A stretch of 64,000 nt of DNA from positions 25,425 to 89,424 of the forward strand of contig JBAZNU010000008.1 of NCBI GenBank assembly GCA_041649015.1, read 5' to 3'. Under the pieces are notes generated by a model. The model had not been told where the DNA came from, did no database searches, and was given only the letters and a program-made list of their open reading frames with translations. Of the stretch, positions 30,951 to 39,725 are shown piece by piece. Each line of letters opens with the position of its first letter. Position 1 is the stretch's first letter. The position numbers and the translations under genes are program-made. Source of the DNA: Ignavibacteria bacterium. GTDB lineage: Bacteria > Bacteroidota > Ignavibacteria > Tepidaquicellales > Tepidaquicellaceae.

Positions 30951-30985
30951 AAGGTAATCATAGTTTCTATGGTTACCTTTTTGTT
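30951..30985 (+). terminator. intrinsic terminator after the PorV-like gene
   Basis: About 13-bp stem aaggtaatcatag / ctatggttacctt (one G-U pair), 3-nt loop, T-rich tail. It overlaps the 5' extension of the next ORF in the ORF track. Confidence 0.75.
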
Positions 30986-31028
30986 ATTTTTTATTCTGGT
31001 AGTTATAACAATAAAATTTTTATTCATC

Positions 31029-32414
31029 ATGAAAACACTAAAATTTTTTTTGTCGCTTGTTTTCTCTTTATTGTTCTTAGGCAATGTATTCTCAGCCGAG
31101 AATTTCTATTTTGATGCGGATTATTCCGTCTTCAGAAGCTCATCAACAAAATCAATTCTCGAGGTTTATTTCTCTTTTACTCAGAAGGGCCTTTTCTTCG
31201 TTAAAACCGGAAATAATTTCGTCGGTGAGGCTAATACACAGATTATCATATTCGATAATGCTACATCAAAAGAAATTTTTAATGAAACCTATGGACTCCA
31301 ATCAAAAGTTGTTGATTCTGCTCAATTTAAACTAAAAAACAAACTAATAGGTCAGCAAAATCTTACTATTCCCAATGGTAATTATACGTTAACATTTATC
31401 GGTTATGATCAGAACAATCAGAATAGAAAAGACACAATCATACTCGAACTAAACCTTAATCAGTTTGAAGATACAAAATCCTCTTTAAGCTCTTTACAAC
31501 TGGCTTCAAGGATTGATAAATCAAGCGATAGCTCAAGTATTTTCTTTAAAAATGGATTGGAGTTGACTCCAAATCCGAATCTTCTCTTCGGAAGTAACCT
31601 TAATAAGCTTTACTATTATATTGAGGTTTACTATCCATTAGTTGATTTCAATTCCGACAGTGCACAATTCTCTGTACTAATTACAGACCCCTCTGGAAAA
31701 TTGCTGAATGAAAAACGAAAGAGCGTCAATACTAAGAATACTATTTATGCAGAAACAGGTTACTTTAACGTTGATTCGCTTATGACCGGTTCTTATTTCA
31801 TAACAGCAGCATTGATAGACAACGTTACCGATAAAAAAGTATCACGGGAAAAAAAGTTTTTCATATATAATAATGCTCCTAAAAAACAGGATTATACAAG
31901 TCCCGATGAAGAAGCATTCATGCAATCTGAGTTTATTCTTCTAACGGAAAGTCAGGTGGAAGATGAATTTAATAAACTGATTTACTTTAGAAATTCTTCT
32001 GATAACAAGGAATGGGATAATCTGAAAACTCTTGAAGATAAAAGAAAGTTTCTTTTCAAATTCTGGAAAAAAAGAGACACAAACCTAAACACCCCAAGGG
32101 TAGAGTCGCGTGATGAATTCTTTAATAGAATAAAAGAAGCTAATAAGCAGTTTAAGGAAAATTTTAAGGACGGATGGAAATCTGACAGAGGACGTATATA
32201 CGTTATGTACGGGGCTCCAAGTGAAGTTGATAGGCATTTTATGGAAGCTGATGTTAAGAACTATGAAATATGGACTTATGATTTCTTTGAAGGGGGAACA
32301 ATATGCGTCTTTGCTGAAGTTCAGACTTCAGGGGAAGGTACCTACTTGCTTGTTCATTCTACTATGCGGAATGAATTCAAAGACCCTGATTGGTACGCAA
32401 AGCTGAAAAAATAA
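31029..32414 (+). CDS. GWxTD domain-containing protein
   Basis: The start is placed at Met21 (MKTLKFFLSLVF.., a signal peptide) because the longer ORF runs through the upstream terminator. C-terminal ..DGWKSDRGRIYVMYGAPSEV.. matches the GWxTD motif region. Confidence 0.7.
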   Translation: MKTLKFFLSLVFSLLFLGNVFSAENFYFDADYSVFRSSSTKSILEVYFSFTQKGLFFVKTGNNFVGEANTQIIIFDNATSKEIFNETYGLQSKVVDSAQFKLKNKLIGQQNLTIPNGNYTLTFIGYDQNNQNRKDTIILELNLNQFEDTKSSLSSLQLASRIDKSSDSSSIFFKNGLELTPNPNLLFGSNLNKLYYYIEVYYPLVDFNSDSAQFSVLITDPSGKLLNEKRKSVNTKNTIYAETGYFNVDSLMTGSYFITAALIDNVTDKKVSREKKFFIYNNAPKKQDYTSPDEEAFMQSEFILLTESQVEDEFNKLIYFRNSSDNKEWDNLKTLEDKRKFLFKFWKKRDTNLNTPRVESRDEFFNRIKEANKQFKENFKDGWKSDRGRIYVMYGAPSEVDRHFMEADVKNYEIWTYDFFEGGTICVFAEVQTSGEGTYLLVHSTMRNEFKDPDWYAKLKK

Positions 32415-32415
32415 C

Positions 32416-33342
32416 ATGAGAAAGAATATCTTTATCATCATAAATACGTTTATTTTTTCGGTTCTGCTGTGGATATATGTGAACCTTAATCTAACATATT
32501 CGTTTGAGGTCAACGTTCCATTATCAGTAAGGTCGTCTAAATCTCAGGGTGTTTCAAATGATATACCTGCTTCAGTCAATGTAATCCTTAAGGGTAAAGG
32601 TTGGAGTCTTTTTAAAATTCTTACAACTGAAAATCTTGAATACTATCTTGATCTTACTCAATTTAAGAAAGATACTAAAGTTGACCTGATGCAGAATACA
32701 AGCGAGGCATTAAACCTGCCTCCGGATGTTTATGTCCAGAATGTATATCCCGGTTCAATAGAAGTTATGTTTGATAATATAATTACAAAAATGGTCAGAG
32801 TCAAAAATAATACATCCGTTCAAACAAGAGATGAGTTTACTGTTATCGGTAGTGTTGCACTTAGTCCGGATTCCGTTAAACTTACAGGAGCAAGTTCTTC
32901 TCTTTCGAAAATTAAATTCGTTCAGACGGAGTTCGTGGTTTTTAAGGATGTAAATACAAACATTAGTCGTGACGTTAAACTCATAGATACTCTCGGAAAT
33001 CAGATAAAGATTGAACCTACTGAAGTAAATGTTAGTTACAAAGTTGAATTGTCCGCTGAAAAAACTTTCGAAGAAATAGATGTTAATGTTTATGGTTTGC
33101 CAGTTGATAAAGATGTTTTAATTATTCCCCCGAAAATATCAATAACACTCAGGGGCGGCGTGGAAGAGTTGTCAAAGCTAACTGCAAAAGATTTAAACAT
33201 AGGTATAAATTATCATCAGATAGAAGCTGACGAGCAGGGTGAAGTTGAACCTACTATTGAGCTGTCTGATATCTTTACACTTATAAAAGTTCAGCCGCAA
33301 CGATTCAAATACATAATAAAAAATAAATCGTCAGAAAATTGA
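32416..33342 (+). CDS. YbbR-like domain protein (tentative)
   Basis: 308 aa. One N-terminal TM followed by repeated beta-rich modules (..VNVILKGKG.., ..VKLTGASSSL.., ..ISITLRGGVEEL..), as in YbbR/CdaR-type proteins. Confidence 0.4.
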   Translation: MRKNIFIIINTFIFSVLLWIYVNLNLTYSFEVNVPLSVRSSKSQGVSNDIPASVNVILKGKGWSLFKILTTENLEYYLDLTQFKKDTKVDLMQNTSEALNLPPDVYVQNVYPGSIEVMFDNIITKMVRVKNNTSVQTRDEFTVIGSVALSPDSVKLTGASSSLSKIKFVQTEFVVFKDVNTNISRDVKLIDTLGNQIKIEPTEVNVSYKVELSAEKTFEEIDVNVYGLPVDKDVLIIPPKISITLRGGVEELSKLTAKDLNIGINYHQIEADEQGEVEPTIELSDIFTLIKVQPQRFKYIIKNKSSEN

Positions 33343-34073
33343 TTGACTATTTAAAAAATGAGTTTCGTAATCTTATAGCAGAGACCAAAACACTCGAATT
33401 CCGAATTGTATATATTTTCATGTCAGTTGCTTTCATAGTGTTTTTTTCTTTAACTGCTGCAAGTCCGGCTTTTTATTATGACTATTTTGGGAGAAACAGG
33501 CTCGATTCAAGAATCTATTGGTTTCTTGTTGATGGTTCATTTATGTTCCTTATCCCTGTTCTGTCAATCAAATTCATTTTTAAAAAGAAGTTGTCTGATT
33601 TTGGTTTTACTCTCGGTGATAAAAAATTCGGACTCATAACTTCTGCTTTGTTCTTTGTTTTTATGTTTATCACTGTCTGGATTGTATCAGCATCCCAGGA
33701 GTTTACATTAGCATACCCGCAGGGCGGTGCAGCACTCAAGACTGATATCCGGCTTCTTTTCTTCTATGAGTTCTGCATACTTATATATATGCTTGGCTGG
33801 GAATTTCTCTGGCGGGGGTATATGTTGTTTGGTCTTAAAGAAAAAATGGGATACTATGCTATATTTATTCAAATGATTCCGTTCTTTATTTTGCATAAAG
33901 GGAAACCTGAAATAGAGCTTTTTGCTTCAATCTTTGCAGGAATTATTCTCGGCATTCAAGCGCTTAGAAGCAGGTCGTTTGTTTACAGCTGGATTTTGCA
34001 TTGGCTTGTAATGGTATCAATAGATACCATTTCCGTTCTAAGATTTCAATATAATTTTTATAAAATATTTTAA
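33339..34073 (+). CDS. CPBP-family intramembrane metalloprotease (CAAX protease-like)
   Basis: 244 aa, multi-TM; ..GWEFLWRGYM.. (EExxxR-type motif 1), ..FFILHKG.. and ..ILHWLVMVSID.. His motifs. The TTG start overlapping the upstream stop is uncertain. Confidence 0.6.
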   Translation: MIDYLKNEFRNLIAETKTLEFRIVYIFMSVAFIVFFSLTAASPAFYYDYFGRNRLDSRIYWFLVDGSFMFLIPVLSIKFIFKKKLSDFGFTLGDKKFGLITSALFFVFMFITVWIVSASQEFTLAYPQGGAALKTDIRLLFFYEFCILIYMLGWEFLWRGYMLFGLKEKMGYYAIFIQMIPFFILHKGKPEIELFASIFAGIILGIQALRSRSFVYSWILHWLVMVSIDTISVLRFQYNFYKIF

Positions 34074-34081
34074 CTAACATT

Positions 34082-34798
34082 ATGAAATTAGCAGTTAATA
34101 TTGATCACATCGCAACTATCAGAGAAGCACGCGGCGAGATAGAACCCGACCCGGTGACTGCTGCCGCTGTATGCGAGCTTGCGGGTGCTGAGGGTATTGT
34201 CTGCCATCTTCGTGAAGACAGAAGGCATATTAATGACAGGGACGTAAGGCTTTTACGTGAAACGGTCAAGACTAAGTTTGACCTGGAAATGGCTGCGACG
34301 GATGAAATGGCAAGGATTGCTTCTGAAATTTTACCCGACCTTGTTACGATTGTTCCTGAGAACCGTAAAGAGCTTACGACTGAGGGGGGTCTTAATATTT
34401 TGTCTATTAAGCCGAAACTTAAAGACATTATTTCTCAGATGAAGGAAAAGGAAATATTAGTGAGTTTGTTCATTGATCCGATTCCTGAGGCAGTTGACCT
34501 TTCTTTGGAGGTTGGTGCTGATATTATTGAGATTCATACGGGTAAATATGCTAATTCGACGGATGAAAAATCGCAGATTAAAGAACTTGGTAAGATTGCT
34601 TCTGTTTCACGCATGGCTTCTGAAATGGGTTTGATTGTTACTGCGGGGCACGGTCTGAATTATTACAATATCTTCCCGTTTCTTAATATACCGGAAATCA
34701 GAGAAGTCAGCATCGGTCATGCAATCATCTCTCGTGCTGTCTTTACCGGTTTGCATAAGGCAGTAAAAGATATGATTAAAATTATTAGTAAGTTCTGA
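34082..34798 (+). CDS. pdxJ: pyridoxine 5'-phosphate synthase
   Basis: 238 aa; MKLAVNIDHIATIREARG.., ..VCHLREDRRHI.., ..IEIHTGKYA.., ..AGHGLNY.. Confidence 0.92.
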   Translation: MKLAVNIDHIATIREARGEIEPDPVTAAAVCELAGAEGIVCHLREDRRHINDRDVRLLRETVKTKFDLEMAATDEMARIASEILPDLVTIVPENRKELTTEGGLNILSIKPKLKDIISQMKEKEILVSLFIDPIPEAVDLSLEVGADIIEIHTGKYANSTDEKSQIKELGKIASVSRMASEMGLIVTAGHGLNYYNIFPFLNIPEIREVSIGHAIISRAVFTGLHKAVKDMIKIISKF

Positions 34799-35550
34799 TG
34801 CCAAGCAGCCTTAAAGCCTCTGACCTTGTAAAAGAATACAAACAAAGGACTGTCGTTAATAACGTTTCTATCGAGGTTAAACAAGGTGAAATTGTAGGAC
34901 TTCTTGGTCCTAATGGTGCAGGGAAGACTACTACTTTCTACATGATTTGCGGTATGGTACGTCCAAATTCAGGTGTAATTGAACTTGATGGTGTTGATAT
35001 TTCTAAATTCCCTATGTACAAGCGTGCTCAGTCCGGCATAGGTTACCTTCCACAGGAGCCTTCAATATTCAGAAAAATGACTGTAAGAGAAAATATTTAT
35101 TCCATTCTTCAGTTTATGAATTTGGATAAAGATGAAATGGAAGACAGATGCGAGAAATTGCTTAAAGATTTTAATATCAAAAAAATTGAAGATTCAAAGG
35201 GTTTAACTCTTTCAGGCGGCGAGAGAAGGAGAACAGAAATAGCACGGGCTCTTGCATCCAGACCCAAATTTATACTGCTTGATGAGCCGTTTGCCGGAAT
35301 AGACCCTATTGCATCAGAAGACATTATGAAAATTGTAGCGCATCTAAAAGATAGGGGAATCGGGGTTCTTATTACGGACCACAATGTCCATGAAACACTT
35401 TCAATCGTTGACAGAGCTTATATACTTATAGAAGGCAAAATTTTCCGCTCGGGTTCTGCTTTAGAACTGGCATCCGATGAAAGAGTTAAAAAGCTTTATC
35501 TGGGTGAAAATTTCAGCTTAGACCGTTACATGCAGGAATTCAATAAGTAA
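34798..35550 (+). CDS. lptB: LPS export ABC transporter ATP-binding protein
   Basis: 250 aa. Walker A GPNGAGKTT, signature LSGGERRR, Walker B ILLDEPFAGIDP; LptB-like N-terminus ..LVKEYKQRTVVNNVS.. Start overlaps the pdxJ stop. Confidence 0.85.
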   Translation: MPSSLKASDLVKEYKQRTVVNNVSIEVKQGEIVGLLGPNGAGKTTTFYMICGMVRPNSGVIELDGVDISKFPMYKRAQSGIGYLPQEPSIFRKMTVRENIYSILQFMNLDKDEMEDRCEKLLKDFNIKKIEDSKGLTLSGGERRRTEIARALASRPKFILLDEPFAGIDPIASEDIMKIVAHLKDRGIGVLITDHNVHETLSIVDRAYILIEGKIFRSGSALELASDERVKKLYLGENFSLDRYMQEFNK

Positions 35551-35754
35551 AAGATAAAACACTTCATTTTGCAGGTTTATTCAGGCGTTATCATTTCCCT
35601 ACGCTTTAGAAATATTCCAAAGATTGATTCATTTACATACCATATGTATTAAATATGAACAATTAGAACAAGAAGCTATAATTCACATTTCTAATTTATT
35701 GTATTCTATTAAACCTATACTTAGGGTTAGAATAGCCTCAATATGAGGTAAAAG

Positions 35755-35805
35755 TTGCGGTCAATTTGCGGTTGTATTGCGGTGATATTGCGGTTAATTT
35801 GGTTT
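35755..35805. repeat. 4 (+1 degenerate) tandem 11-bp units, 7-bp core TTGCGGT + 4-bp variable spacer
   Basis: TTGCGGTcaat TTGCGGTtgta TTGCGGTgata TTGCGGTtaat TTGGTTT.., in a 393-bp ORF-free gap between convergent lptB and the FmdB gene. Confidence 0.9.
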
Positions 35806-35943
35806 TTTACTCATTATGCCTATATTCAACATACTTGTATTTTTAATAAAATGCTGGTTGTAAAAATCATCCCTTTTAAACTGTATCATAGCAAATTAAT
35901 TGCTAAATAATGTTCAATATTTCTTGATTAAATGTTCCCTGTT

Positions 35944-36240
35944 CTAATCTTTCTTCTTTCCGTTTGTCTTCTTTTCTTTAGTCTCCGGTTTCTTCTCTGT
36001 CTTTGCTTTTGGTGTCGTTTCCTTCTTATCAGTTTTTTCTGTTAAAGAACTGCTCTTTTTTGCATAATCCGTCAGATAAAAGCCTGACCCTTTAAAAATA
36101 AGACCGGCCGGCATACTTATCATTTTTTTAAGTGTGCTAAGCCCGCACTCCGGACATAACGTTATAGGGTCTTCTTTTATCGATTGAAATAACTCAAATG
36201 TATTTTTGCAATTATCACATTTATAATCGTATGTTGGCAT
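35944..36240 (-). CDS. FmdB-family zinc-ribbon protein with a Lys-rich tail
   Basis: 98 aa. MPTYDYKCDNCKNTFELFQSIKEDPITLCPECG.. (CxxC...CxxC, FmdB/TIGR02605-type N-terminus), followed by a K/T/E-rich tail. Starts 9 nt after the upstream gene stop. Confidence 0.8.
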   Translation of the reverse strand: MPTYDYKCDNCKNTFELFQSIKEDPITLCPECGLSTLKKMISMPAGLIFKGSGFYLTDYAKKSSSLTEKTDKKETTPKAKTEKKPETKEKKTNGKKKD

Positions 36241-36249
36241 ATTGAACTA

Positions 36250-39200
36250 TTATAAGTTTAAAAATTTATTCTTTGCTTTTTCGAATTCTTCCTTTGTAAT
36301 AAGTTTATCATCAAGGGCTTTTTTCAGTTCTACTAATTTAGCATAACTGATTCCTGATTTAAATTGTTCCCTCTCTTTGGAACCCGCATCATATGTGACC
36401 TCTTCATTTAAAAGATCTTTTACTTTCAGAATCCTCTTAATACCATCACCCGATAATTTTGAGAATGAATCAGGATTGCTCTTTAATTTCTGAACTTTTA
36501 ATATGTATTTTTCCCTTTCCTCATTGGGGATGCTGTTCTCTATCTTTCTCGCCAGTTCTCTCACTACCTTATACTGGTATGTTTCATTCTTCTTTTTAGC
36601 TTCACCGGATATAGCAATCTCTTCGGGCTTATACACATTCTCATAGTAATACTCATAAATTAAAAGTAACTCCGCAAATTTGTTGCACTTAATCAATTCT
36701 TTTTCTACGCTTTCTGCTTTCTTCAGTATTTTATTCCTTAAAGATTCATGTTCTTCTTCATCATAAAGCCTGTTAATTAATCTTGATTCTATACCAAGTT
36801 GTTCAGTTCTTTTTACCGTTATTCCTTCCGGTAGTGTATAACTATACACAGCTTTTTTCATTCCTGTTGTTGTGTCGGTTTCTATTCCTATCTCAAACAG
36901 GTCAAATATTAAACCCATAATAAATGCTTTGTACGATTCATTATATCTTATTTTCTCTTCGAGTGATAGAGGTATTATGTCATTAAACACATAATAGTTC
37001 CTATCAATATGAAGGTCTATATTAATATTTCGTGACAAATTTTTATAATAGCTTCTCATTTCCTCAGATACTGTGTATGAATAAAACAGCGGAAATCCTG
37101 CCCATTCTGTGTAGAATGTAATTGATGAATTGTCCGCCGAATCCTTGAATTCGACCGAGTTTCCTGCGATTGAATGTATTAAACTTTTGAATTTATTAAA
37201 CGATGCTGTGTTAGTTCTTGTTCCTACGTAGAACTTCTTTGCCGAGTCATCCAGTTTAAACCTGCCGGGTATCTCATTTATTCTCAGCCATGGAAAAGCT
37301 TGTGAAAGCATACCCCTTATTTTCGATTCACTCCTCAATACGTCTTTCTCAAAGAGTATCTCAGTAATATTGTAATCTTCTCTGATACCTTCCAATTGTT
37401 TCCTTGCAAATTTAAGCATACTGTTCTCAACTATTTTTGCGTCACTGTCTTTCAGTATATTCACAATGTCCGTTACATCAGATGCATTAAGTTCCTTCAA
37501 CAATTCAAACGCAAGGACCTTTATCTTATCCGTTGCGTTCTGTCCGCTGCCAATGTAAGCAATGTAATAATCATTCTTCACGTCATCAGGGTCATATATG
37601 TGAAGATTAAAACTTGTATCTTGTCTCTGAATAAAGTACTCGTATTTCTTCCTGAAATTATCTTTAAGCAGTCCTAAATTACCGGTAAGCTTGTTTATAT
37701 CGCTTATTAAACCGGTGAAAAGTATCTTGCCGTCATCCGTTTTTGTTCCTCTTTCAATTAATCCGAGTATTCTCTGACATATTTCCTTTGCATAGTATCT
37801 TGAATGAAGCTTGATTAATGCATTGTAATACTCATCAAGTACTTTCAGTAATTTCTCTAAAGTGCCTTCCATAGCGGCTCTTCGCATAACATTAAGTTTC
37901 GACCTTGATTCGTCTTCCCTTAAATCCTGAAGTCGGCTCTTCACTTCTGCCTCTAATCGTGTTATCAGAATCTGTAAATCTTTTATTTCCTTGTCAAATG
38001 TTGGTATGTAATCAAAATTTCCGTTAGTCAGTATAAACTGTAACCTTCTGAGTAAGCTTATTGAATAAAATACTCCTCTTGTTGAGTCATTTATTAGTGA
38101 ATTAATCTTTCTCTCAAGCTTGCCTGTGATGTTCCTTTCTCTGTCACCTATTATATTCTTTATAATGTTATTTCTATTAGAATATATTTGTGAGTAAAAT
38201 AAGCCCTTTCTGCTTACATCGTTGTCATCTTTAAAGTTTGTTTCAAACTTCATCTTTTCGTTTGTTATGTATGATGACCACTTATCACCGCGTTTACCGC
38301 TTATTAAATCATTCTTTAAATTGTTTAGGAAGGATTTTATCTGAGATTGTATGGACGATTTCTCTCCCATACTGTAAAGCGAATTAAGCATTTGATGCTT
38401 TGAGTTTGACTCTGCAAGACCAAGTTCCGGAAGCATCTCTTCTCTCAGGTATTCATCAATACTACTCTGAGAACCCTCCGCATAAGTTAAATAATAATTA
38501 ATGATATCCTCGCACAACTTGTATGCACAGGATAAAATTATTCTGTCAACAGGAATAGAAATTGTCGCTTGACCTAAAGTTGAGTATTTTCTCGAGAATG
38601 TATTCTCCGTAACTGTGTTATCATCAGGAAAAAGTCTTTGCTTGTATTGAACAAGGTTTACTCTAACACCTCTTTTATAATTAGCAAAATCTGAATTAGA
38701 GAAATCCTGGAATATTGTATCTGATATCATTTTGTATATATCCCTGTTACTCATTTCCGAAAGGGATAAGTTCTTACAGTTTTCACCATCTATCAGGTAT
38801 ACATCATCGTAAACTCCGGGTTGGAATTTATGAGGTTCATTCTTCTTCCAGGAGATATTAAATGGATTTTTTAGATTGTAATATTCAAGCTCCATAAGAG
38901 CCGCATATCCGTTCGCAAAAACCCTCTCTTTACCGTATCCTTGGTATATTTTAGGTAATACTATATACGAAGAAGAAATTGCCTGATTCCTAAATAAATG
39001 TCTTATCATAAACCCAAGGTCAAGGAACATACCCGAACCGGTTCCCCCGCTAATTGAAGTTATTACATATACGTTTATCTTTTCTGTGTTTACATTCTTT
39101 ATGTTATGTTTTTCTTTAACAACGTTAATCGACCTTGAATCTGTAATCGTAGATTTCGCGGACGTAAGTTTATATACTATTTCATCGTAATTATGGAAAA

Positions 39201-39648
39201 GTGCAAGGCGTGCCGCAGGTCTTATCTGGCCAGCGCCTGTATTCATTGTTCCGAGTTTTCCGATTTCTCCTGTCGTGCTAAGCCATTCCTTTATATGAGG
39301 AACGTCATTAATTCTGTGTATGTAATCTGACGGATTAACAGGATTGAATACTTTCTCTGATGGTTTGAAGTCTATTTCATTTATAAGATAATCTCTTTCA
39401 CGCGCTATTCCGCTTTCTTCAGCAGGGGCGTTGTCCGTGTCAATGTACAAGTATGATGTAATAGGGAAGTCGTCAAGTGATCCGTATTTTTCGACAAACT
39501 GTCTCCTTATTCTTAAAAGCACTTCTTTTCCGGTTCCTCCAAGACCAATTAGGATTGTTGGCATGAATTCCTGTGTCTTGAGCTCTAATGAACCCTTCTC
39601 AATCGTTACAGGTTCTTTTTGTTCCGGTAATTTAAATGGATCAGCCAT
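36250..39648 (-). CDS. giant tubulin/FtsZ-superfamily GTPase-like protein (Tubulin_2 / FtsZl-1-like) with a helical middle region and a C-terminal SHOCT domain
   Basis: 1132 aa. ..ILIGLGGTGKEVL.. (T1-like GxGxxG loop), ..NTGAGQIRPAARLAL.., ..VYVITSISGGTGSGMFLDLGFMIR.. (tubulin signature GGTGSG). The last ~30 aa, ..YAKLVELKKALDDKLITKEEFEKAKNKFLNL, match the SHOCT pattern. The middle ~650 aa are K/E/L/I/N-rich and look helical or coiled-coil. Confidence 0.7.
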   Translation of the reverse strand: MADPFKLPEQKEPVTIEKGSLELKTQEFMPTILIGLGGTGKEVLLRIRRQFVEKYGSLDDFPITSYLYIDTDNAPAEESGIARERDYLINEIDFKPSEKVFNPVNPSDYIHRINDVPHIKEWLSTTGEIGKLGTMNTGAGQIRPAARLALFHNYDEIVYKLTSAKSTITDSRSINVVKEKHNIKNVNTEKINVYVITSISGGTGSGMFLDLGFMIRHLFRNQAISSSYIVLPKIYQGYGKERVFANGYAALMELEYYNLKNPFNISWKKNEPHKFQPGVYDDVYLIDGENCKNLSLSEMSNRDIYKMISDTIFQDFSNSDFANYKRGVRVNLVQYKQRLFPDDNTVTENTFSRKYSTLGQATISIPVDRIILSCAYKLCEDIINYYLTYAEGSQSSIDEYLREEMLPELGLAESNSKHQMLNSLYSMGEKSSIQSQIKSFLNNLKNDLISGKRGDKWSSYITNEKMKFETNFKDDNDVSRKGLFYSQIYSNRNNIIKNIIGDRERNITGKLERKINSLINDSTRGVFYSISLLRRLQFILTNGNFDYIPTFDKEIKDLQILITRLEAEVKSRLQDLREDESRSKLNVMRRAAMEGTLEKLLKVLDEYYNALIKLHSRYYAKEICQRILGLIERGTKTDDGKILFTGLISDINKLTGNLGLLKDNFRKKYEYFIQRQDTSFNLHIYDPDDVKNDYYIAYIGSGQNATDKIKVLAFELLKELNASDVTDIVNILKDSDAKIVENSMLKFARKQLEGIREDYNITEILFEKDVLRSESKIRGMLSQAFPWLRINEIPGRFKLDDSAKKFYVGTRTNTASFNKFKSLIHSIAGNSVEFKDSADNSSITFYTEWAGFPLFYSYTVSEEMRSYYKNLSRNINIDLHIDRNYYVFNDIIPLSLEEKIRYNESYKAFIMGLIFDLFEIGIETDTTTGMKKAVYSYTLPEGITVKRTEQLGIESRLINRLYDEEEHESLRNKILKKAESVEKELIKCNKFAELLLIYEYYYENVYKPEEIAISGEAKKKNETYQYKVVRELARKIENSIPNEEREKYILKVQKLKSNPDSFSKLSGDGIKRILKVKDLLNEEVTYDAGSKEREQFKSGISYAKLVELKKALDDKLITKEEFEKAKNKFLNL

Positions 39649-39677
39649 ATCTTTTATTTGTAGTTTTAATAAAATTA

Positions 39678-39705
39678 ATCATATCTCATTTTATAAAATA
39701 GTGAA
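39678..39705 (-). promoter_or_regulatory. candidate sigma70-type promoter for the tubulin-like gene
   Basis: On the minus strand: TTCACT, 16-nt spacer, TATGAT, about 30 nt upstream of the 39648 ATG, in the 77-bp AT-rich gap. Confidence 0.3.
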
Positions 39706-39725
39706 AAGACATGAATAATTATTTA

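Noticed and set aside
30969-31028. A 20-codon N-terminal extension of the GWxTD ORF (MVTFLLFFILVVITIKFLFI).
   Set aside because: It is encoded by the T-rich tail and 3' arm of the terminator hairpin of the upstream gene. Met21 gives a normal signal peptide.
35551-35943. Checked the 393-bp ORF-free convergent gap for a known structured RNA (tmRNA, 6S, SRP RNA, RNase P RNA). Also checked a 15-codon ORF (ATG 35816, MPIFNILVFLIKCWL).
   Set aside because: No conserved motifs of those RNAs were recognised, and the sequence is very AT-rich with few stable helices. The mini-ORF has no RBS and overlaps the candidate -10 box. It remains an unassigned region apart from the 11-bp array.
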